Shown: positions 18,866 to 32,300 of the stretch, piece by piece
Numbering within the stretch: position 1 is the stretch's first letter
Layout: each line of letters starts with the position of its first letter
Virus record (IMG/VR): IMGVR_UViG_3300042924_003416
Span: 21,774-85,773 of that record
From: a virus
Strand: one strand, 5' to 3'
DNA: 64,000 bases
The notes under the pieces: model-generated
Told to the model about the DNA's origin: nothing
The model's input: only the letters and a program-made list of their open reading frames with translations
The model's database searches: none
Translations under genes and position numbers: made by a program

Positions 18866-21800
18866 ATGGCAGAAGAAACAATAGGTGGTGCTGAAAATTT
18901 AGAAAGTCAACCATCTGCTTTTGATCAATTACTAGCAAAAAGTGATATGTTAAATCCAGCAAGGATTGAACAACCTATGGCTCCAAAAGTTAATTGGCAA
19001 GATAACTTTGTTAACCCAACTAATTATATAAAAGATAATACTGCAGGTGTATCTCCTAACTATCCTCCTTCAGAAGTAAAAGCTGCACAAAGAAGTGGTG
19101 CAATGGGTGGTAGTTTTGAAGCAATCCTAGATAAAGGGATGGCTAAAATTAATGGTATGTCTGACGTAGGTTCATATGCAGAACCTTATGCATATGATAC
19201 ATCTCCTAAAGGTACATTTAGAGATAGATACAAAGGATATGGTCAAGAAACATTTAATAAAATTGGATTTCATCCACTTATAGATAATGAAACTTGGTTT
19301 AATCAGAATACTACATTTGGTGATGATTTAAAAAGATGGTCAACTAATTCTCTTTGGCCAATGGTTTCTAAAGGATTTATGGATCCTATTAAATCATATC
19401 AAAGTATAATGAATGGTGATGGTCTTTTCAATGCAGATGAACAAAGTGCAAGAGACTATGAATATTATAATGCAATTGGTGCATCAACTAAAGGTGGTCT
19501 AGGTGGGTTTACTGTAAACTTACTTAACTCTGCATCTTATTCTATGGGTATCTTACTTGAAGGTGCTGTAGAAGGAGCACTAATTGGAGGAATGTTTAGT
19601 GGTGGTAATCCAACTGCTGGTGCATTAGAAGGAGGTGCTGCATTTGCAAGAAAGTTAGGTAGTTTACCTAAGTCATTAATAGATGCTACAAAAGCAACTG
19701 GTAAGTTACTTTCTAGTGTAAAAAATTATTCCAACTTAGCAAAAGCAAAAGAACTATATAAATCTGCCGGCTCAAGTTTTGGAAATTTTATAAATCCATT
19801 ACATAATACATTTGAAGCATATCATCAATTAAAAAATACTGATAACATAACAAACCTTGCAAGAAGTTCTGCTACTGCAGGAGCACTTTGGCATGATATG
19901 ATGTCTATGAACCTAGCACTTTCAGAAGGTAAACTTGAAGGTGGTTTTACAAGATATCAAGGATATGATAAATTATATAATGAATTTATGGCTGATCCTA
20001 AGAATGGGGGTAAACCTCCTTCATTAGAAGAGCAAGAGTCAATGATGAGACAGGCATCTAAAGGTGCATGGTTAAATACTACTCTTAACACAGGCCTTAT
20101 ATTTCTTAGTAATAAAATAGCATTCCCATCTATTACAAATGCAAGTTTTCTAAAAGGAGTTCCTAAGTTTGCTTTTGGTAAAGTTGTTGGTAATGTTGGA
20201 AAAGAGTATCAAATATTATTTGATCCTGGTAAAAAAGCTTTAGAAGGTGTATTTGCAAAACAAAAAATAAGTTTTGGAAATGCAATTAAATCATTAGCAA
20301 AACCAGCAACATATGGTAAAGTAGGTTTAAACTATTTTAAAGCCAATGTTGTTGAAGGTGGTCAAGAAGTTTCTCAAGATGTATTACAAGAAGCAGTTCA
20401 AGATTATTATGTTCAATCTTATAAAAATAAAGATGCAAGAAATTATAGATACGGTGCTGGTTTATTAGGTAGTGCAATCAGTAAACAATGGAACACTCAA
20501 GGTCTTGAAACATTTCTTTCTGGTTTTTTAATGGGTAGTATATTACAAGCTCCTGGAAAAATTAAGAGTTATGCAACAATGGGGTATAATGATTACTTTA
20601 AAAAAGATGCAAGTTATCAAGAATATATAAAAGGTAGAGAACAAGTTGCTGATGATGTAGTAAATGAATTAAACACCATGTACAAAAGTGGTGATTATTT
20701 TTTTGATCCAAGAATTAATAACTATGCTAATCAAGCACTAGCTGCTAATGTAGTAGATGATCCAGATAGTCATACTACAAAAGAAATAAAAGATACTGAA
20801 TTTGCTGCTTTCCAATCAGCTGTACTTGGTTCATTACAAAGAGGAACATTTGATATGTTCTTAAATCATTATAAGGGTTATAAACAAGCAACTCCAGAAG
20901 ATATTGAACAAGCATGGAATTTAAAACCAGGTGAAGGTGTAAAAGCATTAGAAAGATTTGACAAAGCAATAGAAAATGCAGAAAAAATCCGTGATAGATG
21001 GAACACTGCAAAAGACAAAATGAAATTCATGGCAAATCTTGATGACTATGAAGAAGGTAGTGATGAGTATAAGATAGCTGAAATTTATAACAAAGCATAT
21101 AATCAGTCTTTATATAATTATGTTTTCTTACATAACTCATATGATGACAATGTCAATAGATTAGGTAAGCTGTATCAAAATCTTTCTTCTTTATCTGTAA
21201 TAAAAAATTCTACTTTCTCTGACTTTGTGGGGTTAGTTGATTCTAACAGACTGTCTCAAGAAATTGAAATGCTTAAAACAGAAGTAGAAAGTTTAGAAAG
21301 TTTTGGAACAACAGAAGCACTTACTGAAGCTGCAAGAAAAAGAGGATTATCTGAATTGTATTCAAAATTTCAAGAGAAACAAGAGGAACTTGTAGATTTG
21401 TTTGTAAACAAAAGTTTCCTTGACAATATTGTTAATGAAATAAAACAAGAAGATCCAGATCTTACTGATAATCAGGCTACTATAAAAGCAATTAATAAAG
21501 TAGTTGATGATTATGATCAAGGTAAAAGTAATGAGTTCATAGAATATAAAGAAGCATTTTCTGAATTACTTTATGGAATGGCTGAGACTCCTGAAAAGAA
21601 ACTAAAACTTGAGGAGGAAATACAAAATGTTGGTGGTATTGATGTTCTATTTGATGAACTTTTAGATACACATATTCTTAAAAATGAAAATGCAAGATTA
21701 ATTCAATATGTTAATACACTTGCAAATCCAAGAGAGTTCTATGAACACTTGATGAGAAACTTTAAGTTTATGAAAGACCTCTATGATAATAGAGAGGAAA

Positions 21801-24800
21801 CCATAAAGGAAATTGTAAATGGAGAAATTGAAGCAATTGAGAACAATACTTTATTAAATACATTAGCTGATCAAGGTATATACATTGATCTAGAGGAGTT
21901 TGCTAAGTGGGTTGAAAATAAAAGATACTTACCTGAAGAATTTTTTGATGTTAAAAATAAAAGAGTTATTACTAAAGGTTCTGTACTTTATCAAGACATA
22001 CTAGATATCTTTTTTAGAGCAGCACAACTTGCTGAAAAAAAACCGGCAGGTGATCCTTTAACTCAGAAACAATTACTTGATAAAAAAATTGAGGATCTTG
22101 AAAATGATAGAGGTATAGCTTTACAAAAAGAATTTGATAAGTATGTTGAAGCTTTTAAGAAAAGATATGGATTTACTCCAGAAGAATATGAAGCACAAGA
22201 AGAAGCAAGAGTTGCAGAAGAAGAAATTAGTGAAGAAGATAGAAAAGAAGCAGAAAGTTTAAAAAAGTTTCTTGAAAATGCTGCAGAAAAACTACAGTCA
22301 GATAATTATATTGAAGTACAAGCAGCAGCTGAAGCTGTTGTAGAGAGGATATTTGATAAAGAAGGAGAAAGAGCTCCAGAAGAGTTCTTTCAAGAACAAG
22401 TTGAAATTTATGAAAATGATCCTGAAAAAAATGCAGTAATCAGAGAACTGATTAAAAAGTTTGATAGTGAAGACATAGCTGATAATGTTGATGCAGCATT
22501 AAAATCTCAAATCTATGGAGAGGCTGTTGCTACTGCACTTAATTTAATAAATGAAACACTTAGTAAAACACCTGCAGCACCTACAATAGATGTAGAGAAT
22601 ACCAAAGAATACCTTGCATATCAAGAAGCAATTCAAGCTATCAATGATAAGTTTGATGCTCTTATTTCTGAGGTAAAAGAAACTTTTAGACAAAAAGGAG
22701 TAGATGAAAATACTCCAGATGAATATACTACTAAAACTGATTTTGAAGACTTTGATTTACCTTATCAAGAAGAAATAACAAATCTATTTGATCAGTATTT
22801 AGTAGATATATTAGGTGAGTCAATTGATATTAAAACCAAAGATCCTCTTGAATATGAAAGATTAAGAACAAACTGGTTGGAACAACAAACACCTTTGATT
22901 GCAAAGTTTAATCAACAAGCAAAAGAAATTGCTTTAGAAAAAGCAAGAAAACTTGCTGAACCACCTCAATTAAAATTTATTCCTGATCTTAAAATTAATG
23001 CTCAAACTACTACATATACTATAGCTTCTTTAATAAATAGATTTAAAAAGTTTTTAGAAAATGGAGAATATACTGATCCTAAGAGTAAAAAATTAATACA
23101 GTTAACTCCTGAAGATATTCAAAATATTAATGATGATATAGAATCATTAAATGGATATCTTAATGCAAGAGTAGCTGTAGCTGCACCAAGAAATATTGCA
23201 GAACAAACTATTGACATTATTCAAGAGTATGTGATTAACAAACAAAGTGAACTTGTTGATTTACTTGATGAAGACGGCAATGTAATAGGTAGAACTTTTA
23301 AAGACAGAGGTCCTGGAGATCCTGTTCCTGATCGTACTACTCAAGTAGCAGAAGAAATAGAGAATAGTTTAAAGGACAAAGATTCATTTGAGTATAGTCC
23401 AATTAAACCTCAAGTAGATGAAGAAGGGAATGTTTCACTTTCTCCTGTTGAAAGATTGTATAATCAGTTTTTTAAAGATCCTGAAATTGTCCCTGAAGAT
23501 CGTATTAGACTATTCATGGATGCATTTAAGAGAGAAGCATTTAGAGGTTGGAAAGAATTTAGATATCCTGAAAAACTTGAGGCAGTTGAAAATTCATTAA
23601 AGACTGTTGGTACATATGATGACTTAAGAAAAACTATAAGTAAATATGCATTTAAAGAATCAGCAGATGCTGGTGATTATGTTGATGGACTAATTAGAAT
23701 ATTCTTAACTCCTAATGCAGCTACAGCATCTAACTTTAGTGAGTTTACTCATGATTCTACTGTACAAATTAAAGGTCGTGATATTAAGGTATCAGATATA
23801 ATGTCTAGAAAAGCATTTGACAAATTGTTTTCTCCTGTTACTCCAACAAGTCCAGGTGGTATTATTACTAAGTTTAGACTAGGTATTGTAGATGGAACAT
23901 ACATGATTCTTTCTGAAAACGTAAAATTATTTGACAAGTCTTTAAGAAATGGTAAAGGTGTTACAGGTGAGGTAGATTTACTTCTTGTTAGAGAAGATGG
24001 TTCAGTAGCTATTGTAGATATTAAAACTAAATCTCTTAAAGAAAGAAAAGGTAAATTAGTTAGTGGTTGGAAAGACTTTGGTAATCCAGATGCTAAATAT
24101 GAAAGTTCAACATACTTTAGAGCTCAACAATCTATATACGGATATCAGTTTTATAATAATACAGCTATTACTCCTGATCTTAAACTAATGCCATTTGATA
24201 TGTTGCTTAGTAAAGAGAAGATAGGTTATATAGAAGATATAGATTTAGCAGAGATTCTTGAAGATGGTAAAGATACTATTGACTTAGAATACTTACCAGA
24301 GATAGAAAACTTTGGTATTCAAAAGATAACTCCAGAGATCAAAGCTCCAATTAAAAGAGAAGAAGTAGAAGCTAAAGTTGAAGAAGGTCTTCCTGAATCA
24401 GATCCTACAATGAACACATTAAAAGACAACTTAAACAAAGCTGTAATCTATAATGGTCGTTCAGGTAAACTAGTAAGAATGCCTGATGGTGGATTTGGTG
24501 TTGAAGTAATAACAAATGATGATATAACTACATTACAACTTACATTAGATACATTACAAGCCAATCTTGATATAGAAAAACAATATGGTTCAGAAGAATC
24601 TATTGCTGAATTAGAAAGAGATATCAAAAGAATATCTGATGCTATTGAATCTAATAAAGGTATTACAGAAATATTTCCATTACAAGAAAATCTAAATAAA
24701 GTTACTAATGGAGATGTTTCTTTTGATAAAGTGGGTCTTCAACTTGTAATACCAATTGATAAAGTAGGTCAGTTATCAACTGTTAAAGGCCAAGTCATTA

Positions 24801-26338
24801 ATGCATCTTTCTCTAATAAAGAAGAAACAATAGCTAGTATTAATGGTGTTAGATATGATGTATTACGTGATGCTTCAGGAAATATAACTACTCTTAGTTA
24901 TATGATTAATGATCAAGCAATTAGTAAACTAAACAAAGAAATCAAAGATATAAATGATAAGATTACTAAGTTACGTAATAATCAAGCTGTAGAAGAAACA
25001 GATGGAACAGTAAGTCGGAATTATAAACAAGATTCAATTATAACACGTATTGCTGATTTACAAAATCAAGTAAGAACTCTTACTGGTAAAAAGACATTTC
25101 TTTCAGAAACTAATAAGAAGATGTATTTATATGGTGAGAATGCTAATGATTATATATTTGCATTAAACAGATTACCTAATAACTTTCAAAGATTAACTAA
25201 AGAAAATACAAAAGCTCAAGAAACTCAAGATCTTAAATCTATTAGTAACTTATCATTGAGTACAGCTATTGCAGATACTATTACTGAAATACTATCAGAA
25301 AACTATCCTGCAGAATTAGATATGTTATTTGATGGTACTTTTGATTACAAGTTTAAAGCTAAACCAAAAATCAACAAGTGGATAGATACATCTATTGAAA
25401 AATTATATGCACTAGGTTATACTGTTATAAACAGAGGTGATCTAGTTGATGATATACAAAATCAAATTAATGCTTTGTTAGAATTAAAAAATGATCTAAC
25501 ATTAATTAAATTAACAAGAGAACGTAAAATTAAAAATTATGCAGAAGTCAGAAAAATCTTTACAGAAGGACAACGAGTACAGGAAGGGACTAGTGTACCT
25601 AAGAATGAAAGGACTACCAGAGGAAAAACAGAAGGAGTTCCTAGACAAGCTACAAGAGAGGAACTTAAAGACCTTGTCAAACAAGCAAGAGAAGAAATCT
25701 TAACTGATGTTTTTGATGAACCAGTAGTATTTGAAGAAGTAGGTACTCTTAGTGAAGCTATGTTAAACGATATAGGTACTATAGAAAATATAGCTAAATT
25801 AAATACTATAGAATTAATCTATCAAAAAGCATTTTTAGAGGCACAAGAAAGAGGAGAGGATGCAACTGAACTTACTAAATCATATAAGAAAAGATTGCAA
25901 GAATTAAAAACAATTAATGCTGTTTCAAATGTAGAAATTGGAGAGTATCTTATCAGTAAAAATCCTATCTTTACAGATATTTCTGGAGAAATAGTACAAG
26001 TAGTAGATATTTTTGATATATATGAAGAAGAAGTTGCTTATCCTCCAGGAACTCAAAGTACTGTTACTTTAAAGAATATTAAAACCGGAGAAGTTAAAGA
26101 ATTTACAGACGCATTCTTTGCAGAAAATTTTGAAAAAACAACTATGGAAGCAACACAACCAGAACCAGAAGTAGAATTAACACCAGTAGATATAGAAGAT
26201 TCTAAAGAGTCAAAAGATACTATTGATGATTTAATTAAAAATGGACAAGATGCTATTGCTGAAGCTAAAGAAAAAGCAAAAACATCAGATAGTCAATCAA
26301 GATGGAATAAATTAGGAAACAACTCAAAATTTTGTTAA
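18866..26338 (+). CDS. Giant ejection protein (2490 aa) with Gly-rich hydrophobic N-terminal region and PD-(D/E)xK nuclease domain
   Basis: GVTGEVDLLLVREDGSVAIVDIKT...RAQQSIY at about 23957-24140; Gly/Ala-rich hydrophobic segments; long acidic helical regions; immediately upstream of the vRNAP. Confidence 0.7.
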   Translation: MAEETIGGAENLESQPSAFDQLLAKSDMLNPARIEQPMAPKVNWQDNFVNPTNYIKDNTAGVSPNYPPSEVKAAQRSGAMGGSFEAILDKGMAKINGMSDVGSYAEPYAYDTSPKGTFRDRYKGYGQETFNKIGFHPLIDNETWFNQNTTFGDDLKRWSTNSLWPMVSKGFMDPIKSYQSIMNGDGLFNADEQSARDYEYYNAIGASTKGGLGGFTVNLLNSASYSMGILLEGAVEGALIGGMFSGGNPTAGALEGGAAFARKLGSLPKSLIDATKATGKLLSSVKNYSNLAKAKELYKSAGSSFGNFINPLHNTFEAYHQLKNTDNITNLARSSATAGALWHDMMSMNLALSEGKLEGGFTRYQGYDKLYNEFMADPKNGGKPPSLEEQESMMRQASKGAWLNTTLNTGLIFLSNKIAFPSITNASFLKGVPKFAFGKVVGNVGKEYQILFDPGKKALEGVFAKQKISFGNAIKSLAKPATYGKVGLNYFKANVVEGGQEVSQDVLQEAVQDYYVQSYKNKDARNYRYGAGLLGSAISKQWNTQGLETFLSGFLMGSILQAPGKIKSYATMGYNDYFKKDASYQEYIKGREQVADDVVNELNTMYKSGDYFFDPRINNYANQALAANVVDDPDSHTTKEIKDTEFAAFQSAVLGSLQRGTFDMFLNHYKGYKQATPEDIEQAWNLKPGEGVKALERFDKAIENAEKIRDRWNTAKDKMKFMANLDDYEEGSDEYKIAEIYNKAYNQSLYNYVFLHNSYDDNVNRLGKLYQNLSSLSVIKNSTFSDFVGLVDSNRLSQEIEMLKTEVESLESFGTTEALTEAARKRGLSELYSKFQEKQEELVDLFVNKSFLDNIVNEIKQEDPDLTDNQATIKAINKVVDDYDQGKSNEFIEYKEAFSELLYGMAETPEKKLKLEEEIQNVGGIDVLFDELLDTHILKNENARLIQYVNTLANPREFYEHLMRNFKFMKDLYDNREETIKEIVNGEIEAIENNTLLNTLADQGIYIDLEEFAKWVENKRYLPEEFFDVKNKRVITKGSVLYQDILDIFFRAAQLAEKKPAGDPLTQKQLLDKKIEDLENDRGIALQKEFDKYVEAFKKRYGFTPEEYEAQEEARVAEEEISEEDRKEAESLKKFLENAAEKLQSDNYIEVQAAAEAVVERIFDKEGERAPEEFFQEQVEIYENDPEKNAVIRELIKKFDSEDIADNVDAALKSQIYGEAVATALNLINETLSKTPAAPTIDVENTKEYLAYQEAIQAINDKFDALISEVKETFRQKGVDENTPDEYTTKTDFEDFDLPYQEEITNLFDQYLVDILGESIDIKTKDPLEYERLRTNWLEQQTPLIAKFNQQAKEIALEKARKLAEPPQLKFIPDLKINAQTTTYTIASLINRFKKFLENGEYTDPKSKKLIQLTPEDIQNINDDIESLNGYLNARVAVAAPRNIAEQTIDIIQEYVINKQSELVDLLDEDGNVIGRTFKDRGPGDPVPDRTTQVAEEIENSLKDKDSFEYSPIKPQVDEEGNVSLSPVERLYNQFFKDPEIVPEDRIRLFMDAFKREAFRGWKEFRYPEKLEAVENSLKTVGTYDDLRKTISKYAFKESADAGDYVDGLIRIFLTPNAATASNFSEFTHDSTVQIKGRDIKVSDIMSRKAFDKLFSPVTPTSPGGIITKFRLGIVDGTYMILSENVKLFDKSLRNGKGVTGEVDLLLVREDGSVAIVDIKTKSLKERKGKLVSGWKDFGNPDAKYESSTYFRAQQSIYGYQFYNNTAITPDLKLMPFDMLLSKEKIGYIEDIDLAEILEDGKDTIDLEYLPEIENFGIQKITPEIKAPIKREEVEAKVEEGLPESDPTMNTLKDNLNKAVIYNGRSGKLVRMPDGGFGVEVITNDDITTLQLTLDTLQANLDIEKQYGSEESIAELERDIKRISDAIESNKGITEIFPLQENLNKVTNGDVSFDKVGLQLVIPIDKVGQLSTVKGQVINASFSNKEETIASINGVRYDVLRDASGNITTLSYMINDQAISKLNKEIKDINDKITKLRNNQAVEETDGTVSRNYKQDSIITRIADLQNQVRTLTGKKTFLSETNKKMYLYGENANDYIFALNRLPNNFQRLTKENTKAQETQDLKSISNLSLSTAIADTITEILSENYPAELDMLFDGTFDYKFKAKPKINKWIDTSIEKLYALGYTVINRGDLVDDIQNQINALLELKNDLTLIKLTRERKIKNYAEVRKIFTEGQRVQEGTSVPKNERTTRGKTEGVPRQATREELKDLVKQAREEILTDVFDEPVVFEEVGTLSEAMLNDIGTIENIAKLNTIELIYQKAFLEAQERGEDATELTKSYKKRLQELKTINAVSNVEIGEYLISKNPIFTDISGEIVQVVDIFDIYEEEVAYPPGTQSTVTLKNIKTGEVKEFTDAFFAENFEKTTMEATQPEPEVELTPVDIEDSKESKDTIDDLIKNGQDAIAEAKEKAKTSDSQSRWNKLGNNSKFC

Positions 26339-26339
26339 A

Positions 26340-29300
26340 ATGGCATGTAAACTAGATAAAGATCAAGTATTAGATCTTTATGAAGCACTTTATGGAGAAG
26401 TAGCAGATAGATTAAAAGACTCATCGTTACCTCCTGTTGATTTAAATCAATTAGTACAATCAGCATATGCTGTTGTAAAACTTAATTCTGAAGATCAAGT
26501 AAAGGCTATGTTATATGCACAGGCTGTTCCTGATGTATTTCATTTAGTAACACAAGACACAGAAGTAAATGATTATTTAGTTGATAATAATTTTGACTTT
26601 ACTGGTCTTGCAAAAATGAGAAAACAGTTTGCTGATCTTGCTGAAGTTGGTAAAACTGTTGCAACTAAAAAAAAGAGCAAGGACGAAATTGATTCTGAAA
26701 TAAAAGATACAAATAAAACTAAAAAAGATTTTGTACCTAAGATTGATATTGATAACGAAACACTTTGGTCATATAATGAATACAATGGTGCTAAAGTTAC
26801 TAGTGCATGGACTACATCTATTCAAATTGCCTACTCTGAAAATCCTGAAGAAGTATCTGAAGAAGACAGGAATAAAATTGATCCAGAAAAAATACTTTTT
26901 AGTGATGTAATAAAAGCTATATCTCAAATATCTAAAGATAGAGTTGGTACTGAAGATATACAATATCAAGGTAAAACAATTGCACTTACTGCTCAGTTAA
27001 CTAGAAGTGTTCCAAAAGAACTTCTTGTACAAAATGATAGAGATCATTTAGAAAAATATCCAAATACTAATGGTGTAATTGCAATTCTTACTGATGAGAA
27101 AGGTAACAATTTATACTTTAAACCAGATGGTTCTTTGACTGATAACCCATCTGAGGGTAGGATAGTGTATCAATATTTACGTAGAGTAAATCTTGTAGAT
27201 GGTAAATTACTGCTTTCTAATAGAAGTAACAGATTATATAATTTAGTTGATCCAGTTAAAATAGCTGAAAGACAAAGAGATCAAATAGTTGAAGCTAAAG
27301 GAGAAGTTACTGAAACACAGTTTAAACAACTTGTAAAAGATATTGCTGCCCGTCAAGAAAAAGAACTAAATGATTTATATCAACTTAGAACATTACTAGA
27401 ATCATCGGAACAAAATCTACAATTAACTCTTCCTATTACAGGAGGAACATTTGGTATTCCAACAACATCAGTTAAAACTGTAACTTTAGAAGAGGCTGGA
27501 GTAACTGAAACTGATTTAAAAAGTTATACTCCAATTACTACTGGTGAAAAAAAGGGTCTACAATACATTATTGTAAACAAACAAAAAGCCGGTGGTCTTA
27601 CAGTTAGTCAACAGTTATTTTTACAACGATCAGATATAGATCCTGAATTAGCAGATAAAATTGCTACTATCTTAACTACCACAGTTGAGTTAAAAGGTAG
27701 ACAACTTTCTCCAGATGAAAGAAAATCATACTTTGAAATCTTTATTAATAATGCTCGTGCAAAAAAATCTAATACAAACCGTGATAGAATTCAAGCTAAA
27801 GTATTGACAATTAATAATCAAAAGACATTAGTTGTAGAAATAAATGGTAAAAAAATTGATGATGCTATTCTTTATACTGAAGAAGGTAAACAAATGATTT
27901 TAAATCATTTACTTGCAGCTAGACCTAAGAAAGTTAGTAAAGGTAAAGAAGAAGGTTCTAATGGATATTGGCCAGCAAATGTTCAATACAATAATAAATA
28001 TAGAAACACTACATTCACTGATTATACAATTGAGGATGGTAAGATTATTAGTACAAGTAGAAAATACTTTGATGTAATTAAACCTTATGTAAAGATTACA
28101 TATACAGATGAGGTATTAGCACAAGAAAAAGGTATTAATGCATATCTTAATTATGTTATCCCAGAAGGAACAATTGAGTATGAAGGATATATACCTGTAG
28201 GAAGACCTAAACCAAAAGCTGAACCTGAAAAGAAAACTAAAAAGGATAAAGAAGAAACTAAAAAAGCTCCTAAAAAACAAGCAAGAACTAAACCTGTAAC
28301 TACTGGTGCATCAAAAGAAGTGTCTGCATATGAGATTTCTATGAAGAAACAAATTAAAGATGCAGGTGGAAAAGTTGAAGGTTATAAAACTAGAATGAAG
28401 GTTGCTGATTTAGCTGAAGCAGTTGGGTTAACTGAAAAACAAATAACTGAGTTTAGGTCTATTGCATTAGAAGCTACTGCTGATACTAAGACTACAGTAA
28501 AACCAGAACCATTAACAGCACCAGAAGTTAAAGAAGTTAATATACAAAGTAATCCTTCTACTAGAATAACATTAGTAGATGATATTATTAATGGTTCTTC
28601 TAACTCGGCTTTTTATAAAAGAGATAAACTTAACAGAGATAAACTCCGTAATAAGTTTCTTGATAAAGTATTTACTTCAAAATCAGATAGAGCTGCAGCA
28701 GAAAAATGGTGGAATAATTCTCCATTAAGTAAGTTCATTTCTCTTGAAAGAATTACTGAAGTAGTGAACTCTGATGCATTTGCAACATGGTCAGGTTATG
28801 GTATTACATTATATGAAGCTGATGGTGGGACATCTGTAGATTTATACCATGAAGCATGGCATGGATTCTCTCAACTATTACTTACTAAAGATGAGAAAGT
28901 AAAACTTTATGAAGAAATACAAAGTCTTCCTAAATATAAAGGAAAAAGTTTCTTTGATATAGAAGAAGATTTAGCTGAAGAGTTTAGAGGGTATGCAAAA
29001 TCTAAAGGTAAAAAAGCAACTCGTGGTTTCTTAGGTAAAATCTTTGATAAGATTTATCAGTTTATACAAAAGCTTTTTGGAAAAACTACTAAGAAAGAAG
29101 TAGCAACAAAACTTCAAGATATTGAATCTGTCAAAGAATTATTTGACAAACTATACAGAGCCTCTGAAAATCCAGAGATTCTATCTAATCTAAAACCTTC
29201 TATGGATAATGTAATGTTTGGGAAACTAAATAGAAGCAAAGTCATCAATGATAATTTTACATTAGAAGAGTCTAAAGAAATTGCAGATGCTATAGATAGT

Positions 29301-32300
29301 ATGATGGCTGTTATTTTCCAAAACTATAACAGAGACTTTAATACTACATCTGCAGCATTAAAACTTTTAAAAGATCCGGAAAACAAAAAAGATCTTTACA
29401 AAGATATTTATGACAGATTTGAAAGACTAAGAATAAAATATGCTGAAGAAGCTGAAAAGAATATTGATCTTATTATTGATCCACAATTTAGCAAAGAGTT
29501 TGAATTATTAATTAAGATAACAGACAATTTTGGAAATCTTACTGATTCACTTAGTGGTAAAGAAAAGAATAATGTTATTGCATATCATTTAGAAAAATCT
29601 AGATACAAAGTACTTGCTGATGAATATGATGAGATCGAAGATCCAAGTAATATTGAGAAGAGTTATTTGTTTAGATTAAATGAAGGAGGTAATACAGTTT
29701 CATCTAAAGAACTTGCTAGTCAAGAAACTATGATGTTATTGGCAAGTATCTTTGATGTAACTAGAGAAAATGGAGAGATCATTTATAATCGAGATGGTTT
29801 GTTTGGTCTTCCTAAATTACAAGATATAACTATTACGTGGAATAGACTTGCTAAAATTTTAGAGGGTTCATTTGATGAAATAGATATGTATGTAAGAATT
29901 TTTGAAAATTCTGAAAACTATCCTGAGCTACAACAACTTCAGACTTTATTACCTAATCCTTTCTTTACAATTGAAAGTGCTATGGGTATGTATAATCCTT
30001 TAGAGTTTGAAGCAGAAACAAATTTCTGGCAAGACTTTAAAAAACCAAGGGTGCCGTTTATTCAATTAAACTTAAATAAGGAAGAAATAAAATCTAAAGA
30101 TGTACTTGTAAGAGCATTTGAAGCACGGGTTGCAAAAGCAAACTTTGATGTGTATCAAGTAATCCAGGACTGGAAAAATAACTTTACTACTGCAGATTCT
30201 ACAGTTAATCCATATGTATCTAAACACTCAAAACTAGGTTACAACATTTTAAACACTGGTAAGATTGTAAAAGACTTTGGAGTAAATGGTGTATTTAATT
30301 ATAAAAAAGCAGATGAATTTTTAAGAGCAATTGGTATAGTACTAGACCCATCTAGTGCAGCTATAAGATCAATTATAAACAGTACGTCAGAACCATTTGG
30401 AACTACATTTGGTGTAGACAGAATGTATGAAGTAATCAAAAAAGTAAATAAGAGTACATCTCCTGATGCATTTCAATTTAAAAGAGATCCACTTACATAT
30501 TTTATCAACGGTCTTCCAACTTCATTAAGAGATAATGAGGAAGAAAGTGAAGAAGTAAGAGGTAGAATCAGAGCTCTTGCAGAGATACAAAATGCATTCT
30601 CTGATAGTTATTCTAACTTTAGTGTTCAGACTCCAGAAGGAAATAGAGTTTGGGAACATATGGTAGACAATACTATTACAAGAATTGTAACTGCAATTAA
30701 TCATGCAGAGTCTTGGGAAGAACTAACTACTGATGAAGGGGATCCTGCACGTAGATTCCAACATATGAGATGGCTAAATGAAAAGAATAATACATTTAGT
30801 CCTTTTTCAAAACTACTTAACTCTATCTTTGATTTAGATCCTATGTCAGATACATATGGTCAAAAAATTACTGATACTAAAATACTACTACAACATGTGG
30901 CTGGTACTCAAATGGTGAGTAAAAGAAATGAAGGTGGAACTTCTACAGCTGCTATGGATGCAACAAGTAAGTTTTTGCAAGAGTTTCATACAATGTTGTT
31001 AAGTGGTGTTGAAGAGTTTATGAGACATGCTTCTAAGAATACATCTATGGGTATGACTCTTGACGGTGAAGTTAAAACATACAATGGTAAAAAAGCTTCT
31101 AAATTATATATAGATGTTGAATCTTTCTTAGAGTATGCTGATGGAGAAATAAAAGGGTATGATATTGTTGAAGGATATATTGCTGCAGAAGCAAACAGAA
31201 TAGTTAGATTCCAACAAGGAATTGATAAGTTTAAAAACTATGCCGGCTACAATAGAAAAGTAAAAAGAAAAGACAATAAAAAAACTCCTGTAATGGCTGG
31301 TCAAGCATTTACAGCATTTGATGATATATTGTCTCAGGATCTACAAGCAGATCTTTATTCTATATTAGATGCAGCTTCAGAAAATCCATTAACTGATTTT
31401 GATCTTATGAAAGAATTGGATAACAATCCTGAAATAAGAAACAGAATTAGAAAAGATGTAGCTCAATATTTTAATCTTGAGACTAATAAAAACTTAGCTA
31501 GATTACAAAAAGCTAAGTATGTAGATAATGGATTAATGGAAAGAATCCGTGTTACAAATGAAGATCTTACAGATAAAGATATAGAACGTGCACTAATGAA
31601 AGCATATACATATAACTCTTTCATCCATAAGATGGAAACAGTAATACTTGCATATGGTGACTTAGCACAATATAATCATGCTAAAGAAGAATTCCATAAA
31701 AGAAATGCTGGTTTAGGTTCTGGAGGTAGAGGATTCCGTGCAGATAAAAGAGCTCAGATATATTTAAGTTCTTTGAAAAACTATTATGCTGATAGACAAG
31801 GTTATGAAACTAGAAACTATGATGGTACTCTTGTAACTGCTATCATGAAAGAAATGACATTTAATTCTGTAATGTATAATGAATACAGAGATGCCATTGA
31901 AGAAGCAACCTATGAAAGAACTAAAGATAGAAAGAAAGCAAAACAAATTGCAGATACAGCAGCATCAGAATACTTTGGATCTAACAAACCTCAGATGAAG
32001 ATTGCTGATGGTCAGGGTTTTATTACTATGGAATACTACAGGATCCTTAAGAAAGCTGAAGGTAACTGGAGTGATCAACAAGAGTTACTTTATAGAAAAA
32101 TTTCTATGGGAGAAAATATAACTGCAGAAAATGTAGTAGAATTTTTTCCACCTTATAAATTACAGTACTTTGGTAATATTCAATCAGAGGGTCTTCCTGT
32201 AAATTCATTCCATAAGTTTTCACTTGCTCCGTTAATTCCTGGAGTATGGAAATCTGGTACACCAATTTATGATTTACATGAAAAAATGATGAAAGATCAA

